In this document: positions 1 through 8,189 of the stretch, in pieces
Layout: each line of letters begins with the position of its first letter
How positions within the stretch are numbered: the stretch's first letter is position 1
Source of the DNA: an uncultured virus (IMG/VR IMGVR_UViG_3300020440_000013)
Lineage: Duplodnaviria; Heunggongvirae; Uroviricota; Caudoviricetes
DNA length: 20,000 nucleotides
Virus record (IMG/VR): IMGVR_UViG_3300020440_000013
Direction: 5' to 3' (one strand)
Position numbers and translations under genes: made by a program
Notes under the pieces: model-generated
Databases searched by the model: none
The model's input: the letters and a program-made list of their open reading frames with translations, nothing else
What the model was told of the DNA's origin: nothing

Positions 1-292
1 TTATATGATTCATGACTTAGCAGGTGGTTTAAATAGAAGTAAAAAACAATACACTAAAGCACAAGATGGCGACAATCCAATAGCTGTAGAAAATAGCATT
101 TATGAAGAATTAAAAGCTAGATACGAAGCAGCTAAAGCAGAAGCTAAATTTGACGAAATGGGCTGTAAAAAAGAAATGATGAAACTTAACGCAAGTGGTT
201 GTACAAAAGAATCTATGTATAAAAAAGTTAACGCAGAATATAATTGCGGAAGAGAAAAGTTTGAAAAGTTATACGCAAGTAATTGTGGTTAA
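1..292 (+). CDS. 3' end of a hypothetical phage protein, probably truncated by the window edge (possible head-associated protein)
   Basis: The frame is open back to the window start (TAT at 2-4 precedes the ATG at 5). Charged sequence (GGLNRSKKQY, GDNPIAVE). Ends TAA at 290-292, followed by a terminator. Confidence 0.6.
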   Translation, partial: YMIHDLAGGLNRSKKQYTKAQDGDNPIAVENSIYEELKARYEAAKAEAKFDEMGCKKEMMKLNASGCTKESMYKKVNAEYNCGREKFEKLYASNCG

Positions 293-316
293 TAATAATT
301 AACTCCCTCCAGACTC

Positions 317-343
317 AATAGGGCCTACGGGCCCTATTTTTTT
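317..343 (+). terminator. Rho-independent terminator
   Basis: Stem AATAGGGCC (317-325) / GGCCCTATT (330-338) with a C-UACG-G tetraloop, followed by a T-run to 343. Confidence 0.9.
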
Positions 344-346
344 GGT

Positions 347-352
347 TAAATA
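347..352 (+). promoter_or_regulatory. T4-like late promoter core TAAATA upstream of terL
   Basis: TAAATA (core of T4 TATAAATA) sits right after the terminator and 5 nt before the terL ATG. No Shine-Dalgarno. Confidence 0.65.
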
Positions 353-357
353 CTTAT

Positions 358-1938
358 ATGAGCAAAAGTTTAGACGGCGTTTTAACAAAAAAAGCCAATC
401 AAAAAGAAACATTTACAGAAGATCAAATACAAGACCTTGCTAAATGCATGGATCCTAAAGAAGGATACTTATATTTTGCACGTAAGTTTGCGTATATACA
501 GCATCCTGTAAAAGGTAAGTTACTGTTTGATCCTTACATATATCAAGAAGGTCTAATGCTTAGTTACCATAACCATCGTTTTAATATAAACATGTTACCA
601 AGGCAAACAGGTAAAACTACATGCGCCGGCATTTACTTGTTATGGTACGCTATGTTTAATCCAGACCAAACAATACTTATTGCCGCACACAAGTATGCAG
701 GTGCTCAAGAGATTATGCAACGTATTAGATACGCATATGAACTATGTCCTGATCATGTTAGAGCAGGTGTTACAAACTACAACAAAGGTAGTATGGAGTT
801 TGAAAACGGATCACGTATTGTTAGTGCTACTACAACAGGAAACACAGGACGTGGTATGAGTATTTCATTATTATACTGTGACGAGTTTGCATTTGTTAAT
901 CCGGGTATTGCACAAGAGTTTTGGACTTCGATATCACCTACACTAGCAACAGGTGGTCGTGCTATTATTACTAGTACACCTAATTCAGATGAAGATACAT
1001 TTGCTACTATTTGGAAACAAGCCGAAGAGAAGTTTGACGAACACGGTAATGAGCAAGAGATAGGCATAAATGGATTCCACAGTTTTACATGTTCGTGGGA
1101 CGAACATCCTGACAGAGACGACGAATGGAAAGTAGAAGAAATTGGTCGAATTGGTGAAGAAAGATTTAGGCGTGAATATGGTTGTGAATTTTTAGTATAT
1201 GATGAAACATTAATTAACAGTATTCATTTAGCAAACATGGAAGGATCACAACCTTTAATGAATATGGGTCAGACACGCTGGTATAAAAAGATAATGAAAA
1301 ATCAAACATATTGCATAGCACTAGATCCTGCAATGGGTACTGGGGGCGACTTTGCTGCAATACAAGTATTTGAAGTACCTAGTTATGAACAAGTTGCAGA
1401 ATGGCGACACAACACTTCTCCTATTCCTACACAAATACGAATATTAAAAGATATATGTGATTATATTCAAGAACAACAAGATTCGTCTAGTGGTATATAT
1501 TGGAGTGTTGAAAATAACTCAATAGGTGAAGCCGCACTAATTGTTATTAATGATTTTGGTGAAGAAAATATCCCTGGTATGTTTGTAAGTGAACCTATAC
1601 GTAAAGGACATGTACGTAAGTTTCGAAAAGGATTCAATACAACACACGGTACAAAAATCAGTGCATGTGCTAGACTAAAAACTATGATAGAAAATAACAA
1701 AATGAAATTACATTCTGGGGCTTTATTAAGTGAACTTAAAGGTTATATTGCAACAGGAAATAGTTTTAAAGCTAAAACAGGCGATACTGATGATCTTGTA
1801 AGTGCAGTGCTTCTAGTCATTAGAATGATGGTTGTATTAAAGGATTGGGATCCAAGAGTATACAATACCTTTGTAACTATAGAAAATGAGGAAGATTATG
1901 AACCGCCAATGCCTATATTTGTTTCTACCAATTATTGA
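358..1938 (+). CDS. terL: Terminase large subunit (T4 gp17-like)
   Basis: Walker A LPRQTGKTT, Walker B LLYCDEFAF, coupling motif ITSTPN, FRREYGCEF, and RNase H-like nuclease motifs IALDPAMG and DDLV. Confidence 0.96.
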   Translation: MSKSLDGVLTKKANQKETFTEDQIQDLAKCMDPKEGYLYFARKFAYIQHPVKGKLLFDPYIYQEGLMLSYHNHRFNINMLPRQTGKTTCAGIYLLWYAMFNPDQTILIAAHKYAGAQEIMQRIRYAYELCPDHVRAGVTNYNKGSMEFENGSRIVSATTTGNTGRGMSISLLYCDEFAFVNPGIAQEFWTSISPTLATGGRAIITSTPNSDEDTFATIWKQAEEKFDEHGNEQEIGINGFHSFTCSWDEHPDRDDEWKVEEIGRIGEERFRREYGCEFLVYDETLINSIHLANMEGSQPLMNMGQTRWYKKIMKNQTYCIALDPAMGTGGDFAAIQVFEVPSYEQVAEWRHNTSPIPTQIRILKDICDYIQEQQDSSSGIYWSVENNSIGEAALIVINDFGEENIPGMFVSEPIRKGHVRKFRKGFNTTHGTKISACARLKTMIENNKMKLHSGALLSELKGYIATGNSFKAKTGDTDDLVSAVLLVIRMMVVLKDWDPRVYNTFVTIENEEDYEPPMPIFVSTNY

Positions 1939-1944
1939 TAAATA
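1939..1944 (+). promoter_or_regulatory. Late promoter core TAAATA
   Basis: Immediately follows the terL stop (TGA-TAAATA), 8 nt before ATG 1953. Confidence 0.6.
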
Positions 1945-1952
1945 CTTGCAAC

Positions 1953-3995
1953 ATGGATAAGAACTTAAACGTAATAGCAGAAGAGCTTTTTAATAAAATC
2001 AGGGGAAGATTCCCATCTGTAACAATTGGTAACGACGAAGGTAAAGTTACTAATGTACCTACCGAAGCTAGATTTTTTGATTTTAACTTTACAGAAGGGG
2101 CTAATGACTTAGGTAAAGTAAGTATTAGTTTAGAAGACAAAGCGATTGCTATAATGTATAGTAACAGTTTTATCACAGCAGAAGATACTTTAACAAAAAA
2201 CAAATGGTACGATTTTTTAAAAGAGATAAGATTTTTTGCTAAGAAAAGATTACTTAACTTTGATACAAGAGACATAACTAAGAGTAACTTAAACAAAAGA
2301 GATTATAAGTTTTTAGCATCAAATACCGGAGAGCAAACAATGTCAGAATCGAAATTATACGGAACAAGCCGTATTAGCTATCAGGATGTTGATTCAGCAA
2401 GAATAAACATTAGGCATAATAGATCAGTAAACCCTGATTTACCAGCAGGTAGAACACAATACATCGAAACAATTTACATAGAAAGTTCAGACGGTGAACG
2501 CTTTAAATATCCATACAAACATCTAAGTGGTGCAAGAGCAATGGCAAGACACGTTGCTGAAGGTGGCAAACCATACGATAAATTTGGAACACAAATTGTA
2601 GGTCTTAGTGAAGAATTAGCAAAACTTAAAAAATTTAAAATGGCATTAGGTCGTAATAACATTATGGCTGAAGGATTATCAGAATATACTAGTATTGTTA
2701 CAGATCGTATTGAAGAAATTAAAGAAGGTATTCTTGCTTTACAAACTAAAGAAGCATATGAAATTACAAAAGAAACATTTGAACATATTTCTGTAGAAGA
2801 GAAGACAACCATGCCTGATGAGACTGCTGCTAATTGGATTGATCAACTAACAGTAAAACAATTTAACGAAGAACTTAAAGATACTTTTCCTTTTGTATAT
2901 AGATTAGTAAAAGAAAAAACAACACCTAAAGAACTTAATAACATGGAAGATTTGTTAGGTGAAAATCAAATTGATGAAATTGCTGGTCCGGTAATAAAGG
3001 TTGCAAAAGAACTTTTTACAGCGGCAGGTTTTTCAAAAAAGATTGTAGCTGCACTTGCAACAGTAGGAGGTCTATTTGGACTTAAAAAGTTATTAGAAAT
3101 TACAAGTCTAAAAAATAGCCCATTAGGTAAAGCAATAAAAGCAAAATGTGATTCTGGAGACCCAACAACAATAGTTGACAGTAATGGTAAAGAATTAGGG
3201 TGGTGTGAGCACTATGATCTATTAGACTTATATGCAGAAGCAGATAACTTATCTATTTGGACATTACACTCAATAGTATATGATGACAGTCCTTATAAAA
3301 ATAATCCATATGTAATACGTAGACTGAATAAAGGTCAGTCAGATGAATCAAATGATACTATCGATGTAAAGTTTGGCAAAGACGGAAGTATGGAAAAAGC
3401 AGATGATAAACCTAAAATTCCAGTAAGTGAATTTATTTTATCATTGTTTGATAGAAACAAAGGTACTTTTCCAAAAGGTGAAACAGCAGTATTAACAGCA
3501 GTAGAAAAAGATTATGGCGAACAGTATATCAACCCTGCTAAACAGTTTATTGAAAAAATTACTACAAAGTTTGAAGAGTTAAACACAGAAGGCAATGCAT
3601 ACGCACACGCTGTAAGAAAAGCCAAAATGAATGGCAAGAAAAAAGGTGATGTAGTTGACGGCCCAGACGGCGACAAAATTGAATTAGAAAAGTTTGACCC
3701 AAGACAAGAACAAAGCCGTGAAGCTCAAGCAATGGAAGAACTAATGACAGCATATGAGCAAGGTGGCGAAGAATCCCTAGCAAAAGAAATGGGAATAACT
3801 ACGCAAGAACTTGATCAAGAAATCAATGAAATGGGTAGAGAACATAACTTACACCCAGACGATGATAGAGATGAAATTATCGAACGTGTTGTTGAAGCAA
3901 CAGTTGACAATGCTGATTGGGAAGAACAGTTTGAAGCTATGCAACGATTAGCTGGTTTAGACAGTCAAAAAAAAAGACTAACGAATCAAAGTTAG
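1953..3995 (+). CDS. Large acidic hypothetical protein (680 aa), possible prohead-core or internal virion protein
   Basis: Long ORF. ATG 1953 is preferred over TTG 1935 because it follows TAAATA. Glu-rich C-terminal half, ends ...MQRLAGLDSQKKRLTNQS. Function is inferred from context only. Confidence 0.75.
   Translation: MDKNLNVIAEELFNKIRGRFPSVTIGNDEGKVTNVPTEARFFDFNFTEGANDLGKVSISLEDKAIAIMYSNSFITAEDTLTKNKWYDFLKEIRFFAKKRLLNFDTRDITKSNLNKRDYKFLASNTGEQTMSESKLYGTSRISYQDVDSARINIRHNRSVNPDLPAGRTQYIETIYIESSDGERFKYPYKHLSGARAMARHVAEGGKPYDKFGTQIVGLSEELAKLKKFKMALGRNNIMAEGLSEYTSIVTDRIEEIKEGILALQTKEAYEITKETFEHISVEEKTTMPDETAANWIDQLTVKQFNEELKDTFPFVYRLVKEKTTPKELNNMEDLLGENQIDEIAGPVIKVAKELFTAAGFSKKIVAALATVGGLFGLKKLLEITSLKNSPLGKAIKAKCDSGDPTTIVDSNGKELGWCEHYDLLDLYAEADNLSIWTLHSIVYDDSPYKNNPYVIRRLNKGQSDESNDTIDVKFGKDGSMEKADDKPKIPVSEFILSLFDRNKGTFPKGETAVLTAVEKDYGEQYINPAKQFIEKITTKFEELNTEGNAYAHAVRKAKMNGKKKGDVVDGPDGDKIELEKFDPRQEQSREAQAMEELMTAYEQGGEESLAKEMGITTQELDQEINEMGREHNLHPDDDRDEIIERVVEATVDNADWEEQFEAMQRLAGLDSQKKRLTNQS
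3967..3975 (+). other. A9 homopolymer, candidate -1 frameshift or transcriptional slippage site
   Basis: CAA AAA AAA AGA in the 0 frame (A_AAA_AAA heptamer at 3968-3974). The -1 frame is open from 3935 to 4408. Confidence 0.6.
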
Positions 3996-4051
3996 CACCA
4001 AAATCCCCCGATTGGAAAACTGTTAAACTTTTAGGTGAAACCCTTTATATA

Positions 4052-4408
4052 ATGGGAGACGATATAGAGCACGTTATTGCTGCAGACGGTTTACCAATAT
4101 ACAATGGTTCTCGCACACAACTAATACGTTACGGTCAAACCAATATAGAAAAAGCAGGATACGGATATCCAACAGATTACACTCAAATAATGGACACTTG
4201 GATTAATAAAAATCAATATGATGAATTTCGAAAACTAAGAAGTTTATCAAACCCTAGTGATCGTATGCAGCTTGAGTATCTTAAACTATTACGTCCAAAG
4301 TTAAAAAATGTGTCAGGGATTGGACAAAAAATAGATAAATTATTAACATCAGCACCTTTTAAAGGATTTGATGTAGAAATTGATGATCCTACCTACGGTA
4401 ACGCATAG
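4052..4408 (+). CDS. Hypothetical protein, possibly the C-terminal extension of the upstream gene through a frameshift
   Basis: 118-aa ORF. The only SD-like GGTG is 14 nt from the ATG. The frame extends upstream without stops across the A9 run. Confidence 0.6.
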   Translation: MGDDIEHVIAADGLPIYNGSRTQLIRYGQTNIEKAGYGYPTDYTQIMDTWINKNQYDEFRKLRSLSNPSDRMQLEYLKLLRPKLKNVSGIGQKIDKLLTSAPFKGFDVEIDDPTYGNA

Positions 4409-4433
4409 ATTACCAAAAAAGATAAAAAATAGG

Positions 4434-4462
4434 TTGACTTTTACTAAATAATATCGTATAGT
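4434..4462 (+). promoter_or_regulatory. Sigma70-type promoter with a nested late TAAATA element
   Basis: TTGACT (4434-4439), 17-nt spacer, TATAGT (4457-4462). TAAATA at 4445-4450 lies within the spacer. Confidence 0.8.
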
Positions 4463-4541
4463 ATATATTGTGCTGTACATATAAAGGCACAAGTAGCAAT
4501 GTAGCTACTGCACATAGGCATAACAAATAGGAGGCATAACT

Positions 4542-5525
4542 ATGGCATCATTGGCAGAAATCAGAGCAAAACTGAAAGAACAAGAATCACGCACAGGTGG
4601 TTCTCAAAGCGGCGGCGGCGATAACGCAATTTACCCATTTTGGAATATCAAAGAAGGCGAGTCGGCAACGATGCGTTTCTTACCAGATGGAGATGACACA
4701 AACACTTTCTTTTGGAAAGAACGTTTGATGATCAAACTTCCATTTGCAGGAGTTAAAGGTCAAACTGACTCACGTCCTGTACAAGTACAAGTTCCTTGTA
4801 TGGAAATGTACGGAGAAGCATGTCCGGTACTACAAGAAGTACGTCCTTGGTTTAAAGATCCAAGTCTAGAAGATATGGGTCGTAAGTATTGGAAAAAGCG
4901 TTCATACGTATTCCAAGGGTTTGTAACGGAAAATCCACTTGCAGAAGATAGTGCTCCGGAGAATCCAATTCGAAGGTTTATTATTGGGCCACAAATTTTC
5001 CAAATTATTAAAGCGGCTCTTATGGATCCAGACATGGAAGAATTACCAACAGATTATACTGCTGGTGTAGACTTCCGTCTTAACAAAACAACCAAAGGTG
5101 GTTATGCAGATTATTCAACATCTACTTGGGCTCGTAGAGAGCGTCCATTAAGTGATGCTGAAATGAATGCAGTAAACACACATGGTTTGTTTAACATGAG
5201 CGACTTTTTGCCTAAGAAGCCAGACGAAGTGGCTGTAAAAGTCATTAAAGAAATGTTTGAAGCATCAGTTGATGGTGAAGCATATGACATGGATCGTTTT
5301 GGTCAATATTTCCGTCCAGCGGGAATGTCGGCAAGAACGGGTGATCCACAAAATAGAACACCCGAAGCAAGTACTCCTGCTCCGACGTCAGCACCTGAGA
5401 CAGCTACTACTCCAGCAGTAGAAACTGCAACGGCTCCTGAAGCACCAGCGGCTGAAGCGGCACCTGAAACAGGCAGTGGCGAAGCAAAAGATATCCTTGC
5501 AATGATTAGAGCAAGACAGTCTTAA
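4542..5525 (+). CDS. gp32: Single-stranded DNA-binding protein (T4 gp32-like)
   Basis: ATMRFLP, C...CPV, KYWKKRSYVFQGFV, IFQIIKAALMDP, GVDFRLNKTTKGGYADYSTSTW and a flexible C-terminal tail. Strong SD GGAGG. Adjacent to uvsX. Confidence 0.9.
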   Translation: MASLAEIRAKLKEQESRTGGSQSGGGDNAIYPFWNIKEGESATMRFLPDGDDTNTFFWKERLMIKLPFAGVKGQTDSRPVQVQVPCMEMYGEACPVLQEVRPWFKDPSLEDMGRKYWKKRSYVFQGFVTENPLAEDSAPENPIRRFIIGPQIFQIIKAALMDPDMEELPTDYTAGVDFRLNKTTKGGYADYSTSTWARRERPLSDAEMNAVNTHGLFNMSDFLPKKPDEVAVKVIKEMFEASVDGEAYDMDRFGQYFRPAGMSARTGDPQNRTPEASTPAPTSAPETATTPAVETATAPEAPAAEAAPETGSGEAKDILAMIRARQS

Positions 5526-5539
5526 TATAAACAAGATTC

Positions 5540-5559
5540 GTAGGGGAGCAATCCCCTAC
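5540..5559 (+). promoter_or_regulatory. Intergenic GNRA-capped hairpin (weak terminator or mRNA processing/stability element)
   Basis: GTAGGGGA-GCAA-TCCCCTAC is a perfect 8-bp stem with no immediate U-tract. Confidence 0.65.
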
Positions 5560-5580
5560 TAGCTTTAACAAGGAGAAAAT

Positions 5581-6660
5581 ATGGCTAAATCATTCGATGT
5601 AAGTAAATTTAGAAAAGACTTAACAAAGTCTATTCAAGGTATGAGTACAGGATTTAATGACCCAACTGATTGGGTTAGTACTGGCTCATATGCACTAAAC
5701 TATCTTATTAGTGGTGACTTTCACAAAGGTGTTCCACTAGGTAAGGTAACAGTTTTTGCAGGAGAATCTGGCGCAGGCAAAAGTTATTTTGCGGCAGGTA
5801 ATATTGTAAGAAACGCACAAGAACAAGGCATCTACGTAGTTTTAATTGACTCAGAGAATGCACTTGACCAAGCATGGCTAGAAGCACTTGGTGTTGATTG
5901 TGACGAATCAAAACTACTCAAGTTAAGTATGAGTATGATTGATGATGTTGCAAAAACTATCTCAACGTTTATGACAGACTATAAAGCAATGGACGAAACA
6001 GATCGTCCTAAAGTGTTGTTTGTAATTGATTCGTTGGGTATGTTGCTAACACCAACTGATGTTGATCAGTTTAACAAAGGTGATATGAAAGGTGATATGG
6101 GTCGTAAGCCTAAAGCACTAACATCACTTGTACGTAACACTGTTAACATGATTGGTGCTCATAACGTAGGTCTAGTATGTACTAACCACACATATGCATC
6201 ACAAGATATGTTTGATCCAGATGATAAAATCAGTGGCGGTCAAGGCTTTATCTATGCATCATCTATTGTAGTAGCAATGAAAAAATTGAAACTAAAAGAA
6301 GATGAAGACGGTAATAAAACTAGTGAAGTGCATGGCATTAGAGCAGGTTGTAAAGTAATGAAAACTCGTTATGCAAAACCGTTCGAAGGCGTACAAGTAA
6401 AAATTCCATATTCAACTGGTATGGATCCGTATAGCGGTATTGTAGATCTTTTTGAAAAGAAAGGCGTTATTGAAAAAACTGGTAATAGGTTAAAATACGT
6501 AATGTCCGACGGAACAGAGATCCTAGAGTATCGTAAAAATTGGACAGGCGACAAATTAAAAGATGTTATGTCTGATTATCTTAAAAAAGAATCTTCTGTG
6601 GTAAATACCTCTGATGTAGTTGAAGAAACTACTGAAGAATTATCTACAGAGGAGATTTAA
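5581..6660 (+). CDS. uvsX: RecA-like recombinase UvsX
   Basis: STGSYALNYLISG, Walker A GESGAGKS, IDSENA, Walker B VIDSLG, TNHTY, SGGQGFIYASS, KTRYAKPF. SD AAGGAG. Confidence 0.95.
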   Translation: MAKSFDVSKFRKDLTKSIQGMSTGFNDPTDWVSTGSYALNYLISGDFHKGVPLGKVTVFAGESGAGKSYFAAGNIVRNAQEQGIYVVLIDSENALDQAWLEALGVDCDESKLLKLSMSMIDDVAKTISTFMTDYKAMDETDRPKVLFVIDSLGMLLTPTDVDQFNKGDMKGDMGRKPKALTSLVRNTVNMIGAHNVGLVCTNHTYASQDMFDPDDKISGGQGFIYASSIVVAMKKLKLKEDEDGNKTSEVHGIRAGCKVMKTRYAKPFEGVQVKIPYSTGMDPYSGIVDLFEKKGVIEKTGNRLKYVMSDGTEILEYRKNWTGDKLKDVMSDYLKKESSVVNTSDVVEETTEELSTEEI

Positions 6661-6662
6661 AT

Positions 6663-6896
6663 ATGGACGAAGGTCAAATTACAGATAGCTGGAATTTGTT
6701 TAAAGAATATCTAGATAAAAAGCAAATTGAACTTGTTGCTGAAAAATATGTAGATCTTTTAGCAGATTACGGTGTAGAAGACCAAACGTTAATAGCAACA
6801 CTTGGTAGTTGCCCACATCTTGATAATGCAATTAACTATTATTTAGATATGGATGATGAACTTGTTGCTGACGACGAAGTTGATTGGGATGAATAA
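6663..6896 (+). CDS. Small acidic hypothetical protein
   Basis: 77-aa ORF with SD GGAG. D/E-rich tail (DMDDELVADDEVDWDE). TAATG overlap with the next gene. Confidence 0.8.
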   Translation: MDEGQITDSWNLFKEYLDKKQIELVAEKYVDLLADYGVEDQTLIATLGSCPHLDNAINYYLDMDDELVADDEVDWDE

Positions 6897-7351
6897 TGGG
6901 TTGGTATAGCGAGATATCTCGAAACATTGGTAAGATACCTGATGCAATTAAATTCTTTGAATCAGAATTACAAGACGCACGGGTTGAGGTAAAACTAAAA
7001 GGCAATGTTGAAAAGGCTGCGGCAAATATGCCCGGCATTGTTGAACACAGGTTTAACCAACTACAAGAGATTGAAGCTATACTCAACTACATGAATATTG
7101 AACTTCGACGTTTACGTAGTTCGTATTTCAAAAAATATCTTGAAAACTATCAACGAGCTCTGTCAAGCCGTGACGTTGAAAAATACGTTGACGGTGAGGC
7201 AGACGTTGTTGATTATGAAAAGATTATTAATGAGTTTGCCTTACTTAGAAATAAATGGTTAGGATTATTAAAAGGACTTGATCAAAAACAGTGGCAGATA
7301 ACAAATGTAGTTAAATTAAGAGTTGCTGGAATGGAAGATGCATCAGTCTAA
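6896..7351 (+). CDS. uvsY: Recombination mediator UvsY-like protein
   Basis: 151-aa helical protein. KYVDGEADVV...LKGLDQKQWQITNVVKLR resembles the UvsY C-terminal pattern. Located near uvsX. Confidence 0.75.
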   Translation: MGWYSEISRNIGKIPDAIKFFESELQDARVEVKLKGNVEKAAANMPGIVEHRFNQLQEIEAILNYMNIELRRLRSSYFKKYLENYQRALSSRDVEKYVDGEADVVDYEKIINEFALLRNKWLGLLKGLDQKQWQITNVVKLRVAGMEDASV

Positions 7352-8177
7352 ATATAATGTAATATCAAGTGCAAATCAAAAATATTGGGAATCGGGTTCA
7401 AGGATCAATACGTTAACATGGGATCTAAATCTTGCTTCATATATTAATATACACACATATGCTGAAGATAAACTAGATACAACGGGGTTTAGCACACGTT
7501 GCCATTGGTATGATCTATATAATGAATGTCCTGATATATTAGAGTTTAAAGAAAAATACAAAGACGATCCTCATTACAACGGAACAAAAGAAACAGGCTT
7601 ACAAGCATACAAGTTCAATGCAATTAAGTTTGCACATAAAACATTTCCAATATTTGATCTAGCAAAAAAATTAAATACAGGTTGGCTTATGTGGGTTGAT
7701 AGTGATGTTATAATTTATAAAACATTAGAAAAAGATTTCTTAAATCAAATTTGTCCTCAAAGTAAAGCAATTACATACTTAGGCAGACCGTCAATGTATA
7801 GTGAATGCGGCTTTATAGGATTTAATTTAGACATGCCAGAAACTAAAATATTCTTAGAACGTTTTAAAGACTTTTATACTAGCGGCAATCTTAGTAATAT
7901 TAGAGAAACACACGACTCATTTGTATTTGATCAAGTTATGGAATCATTCTCGGACAAAACAAAATTTTATAACTTAAATACATATGCAAAGACTAACAAG
8001 CATCCGTTTTTACAATCTGTTTTAAAAGAACGTATGACACATGCTAAGGGTTTAGAAAAATTAAGAGTACAAAGAAAATATTTAAAACGTTTTAAGATGC
8101 ATAAATTTTTAGAAGAACATGATCGAATGATGGAGTTTCTACATAAAAAATATGGTCATCTTGGCGCTATAAAATAG
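7338..8177 (+). CDS. Putative GT-A fold glycosyltransferase (paralogue of 13039-13887)
   Basis: DxD motif WLMWVDSDV, AIKFAHK, ECGFIGFNL, HDSFVFD, THAKG. Start placed at ATG 7338 by alignment to the paralogue. Confidence 0.75.
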   Translation: MHQSKYNVISSANQKYWESGSRINTLTWDLNLASYINIHTYAEDKLDTTGFSTRCHWYDLYNECPDILEFKEKYKDDPHYNGTKETGLQAYKFNAIKFAHKTFPIFDLAKKLNTGWLMWVDSDVIIYKTLEKDFLNQICPQSKAITYLGRPSMYSECGFIGFNLDMPETKIFLERFKDFYTSGNLSNIRETHDSFVFDQVMESFSDKTKFYNLNTYAKTNKHPFLQSVLKERMTHAKGLEKLRVQRKYLKRFKMHKFLEEHDRMMEFLHKKYGHLGAIK

Positions 8178-8189
8178 AAAGAGAGATTA

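Noticed and set aside
5355..5480. GC-richer, quasi-repetitive stretch in gp32
   Set aside because: Explained by a low-complexity Pro/Ala/Thr/Glu linker. No exact tandem repeat or foreign insertion.
6602..7354. Further TAAATA hexamers at 6602, 6658 and 7349
   Set aside because: They lie inside coding sequence or overlap a start codon, and chance occurrence is likely in AT-rich DNA. The one at 6602 remains possible but is unsupported.
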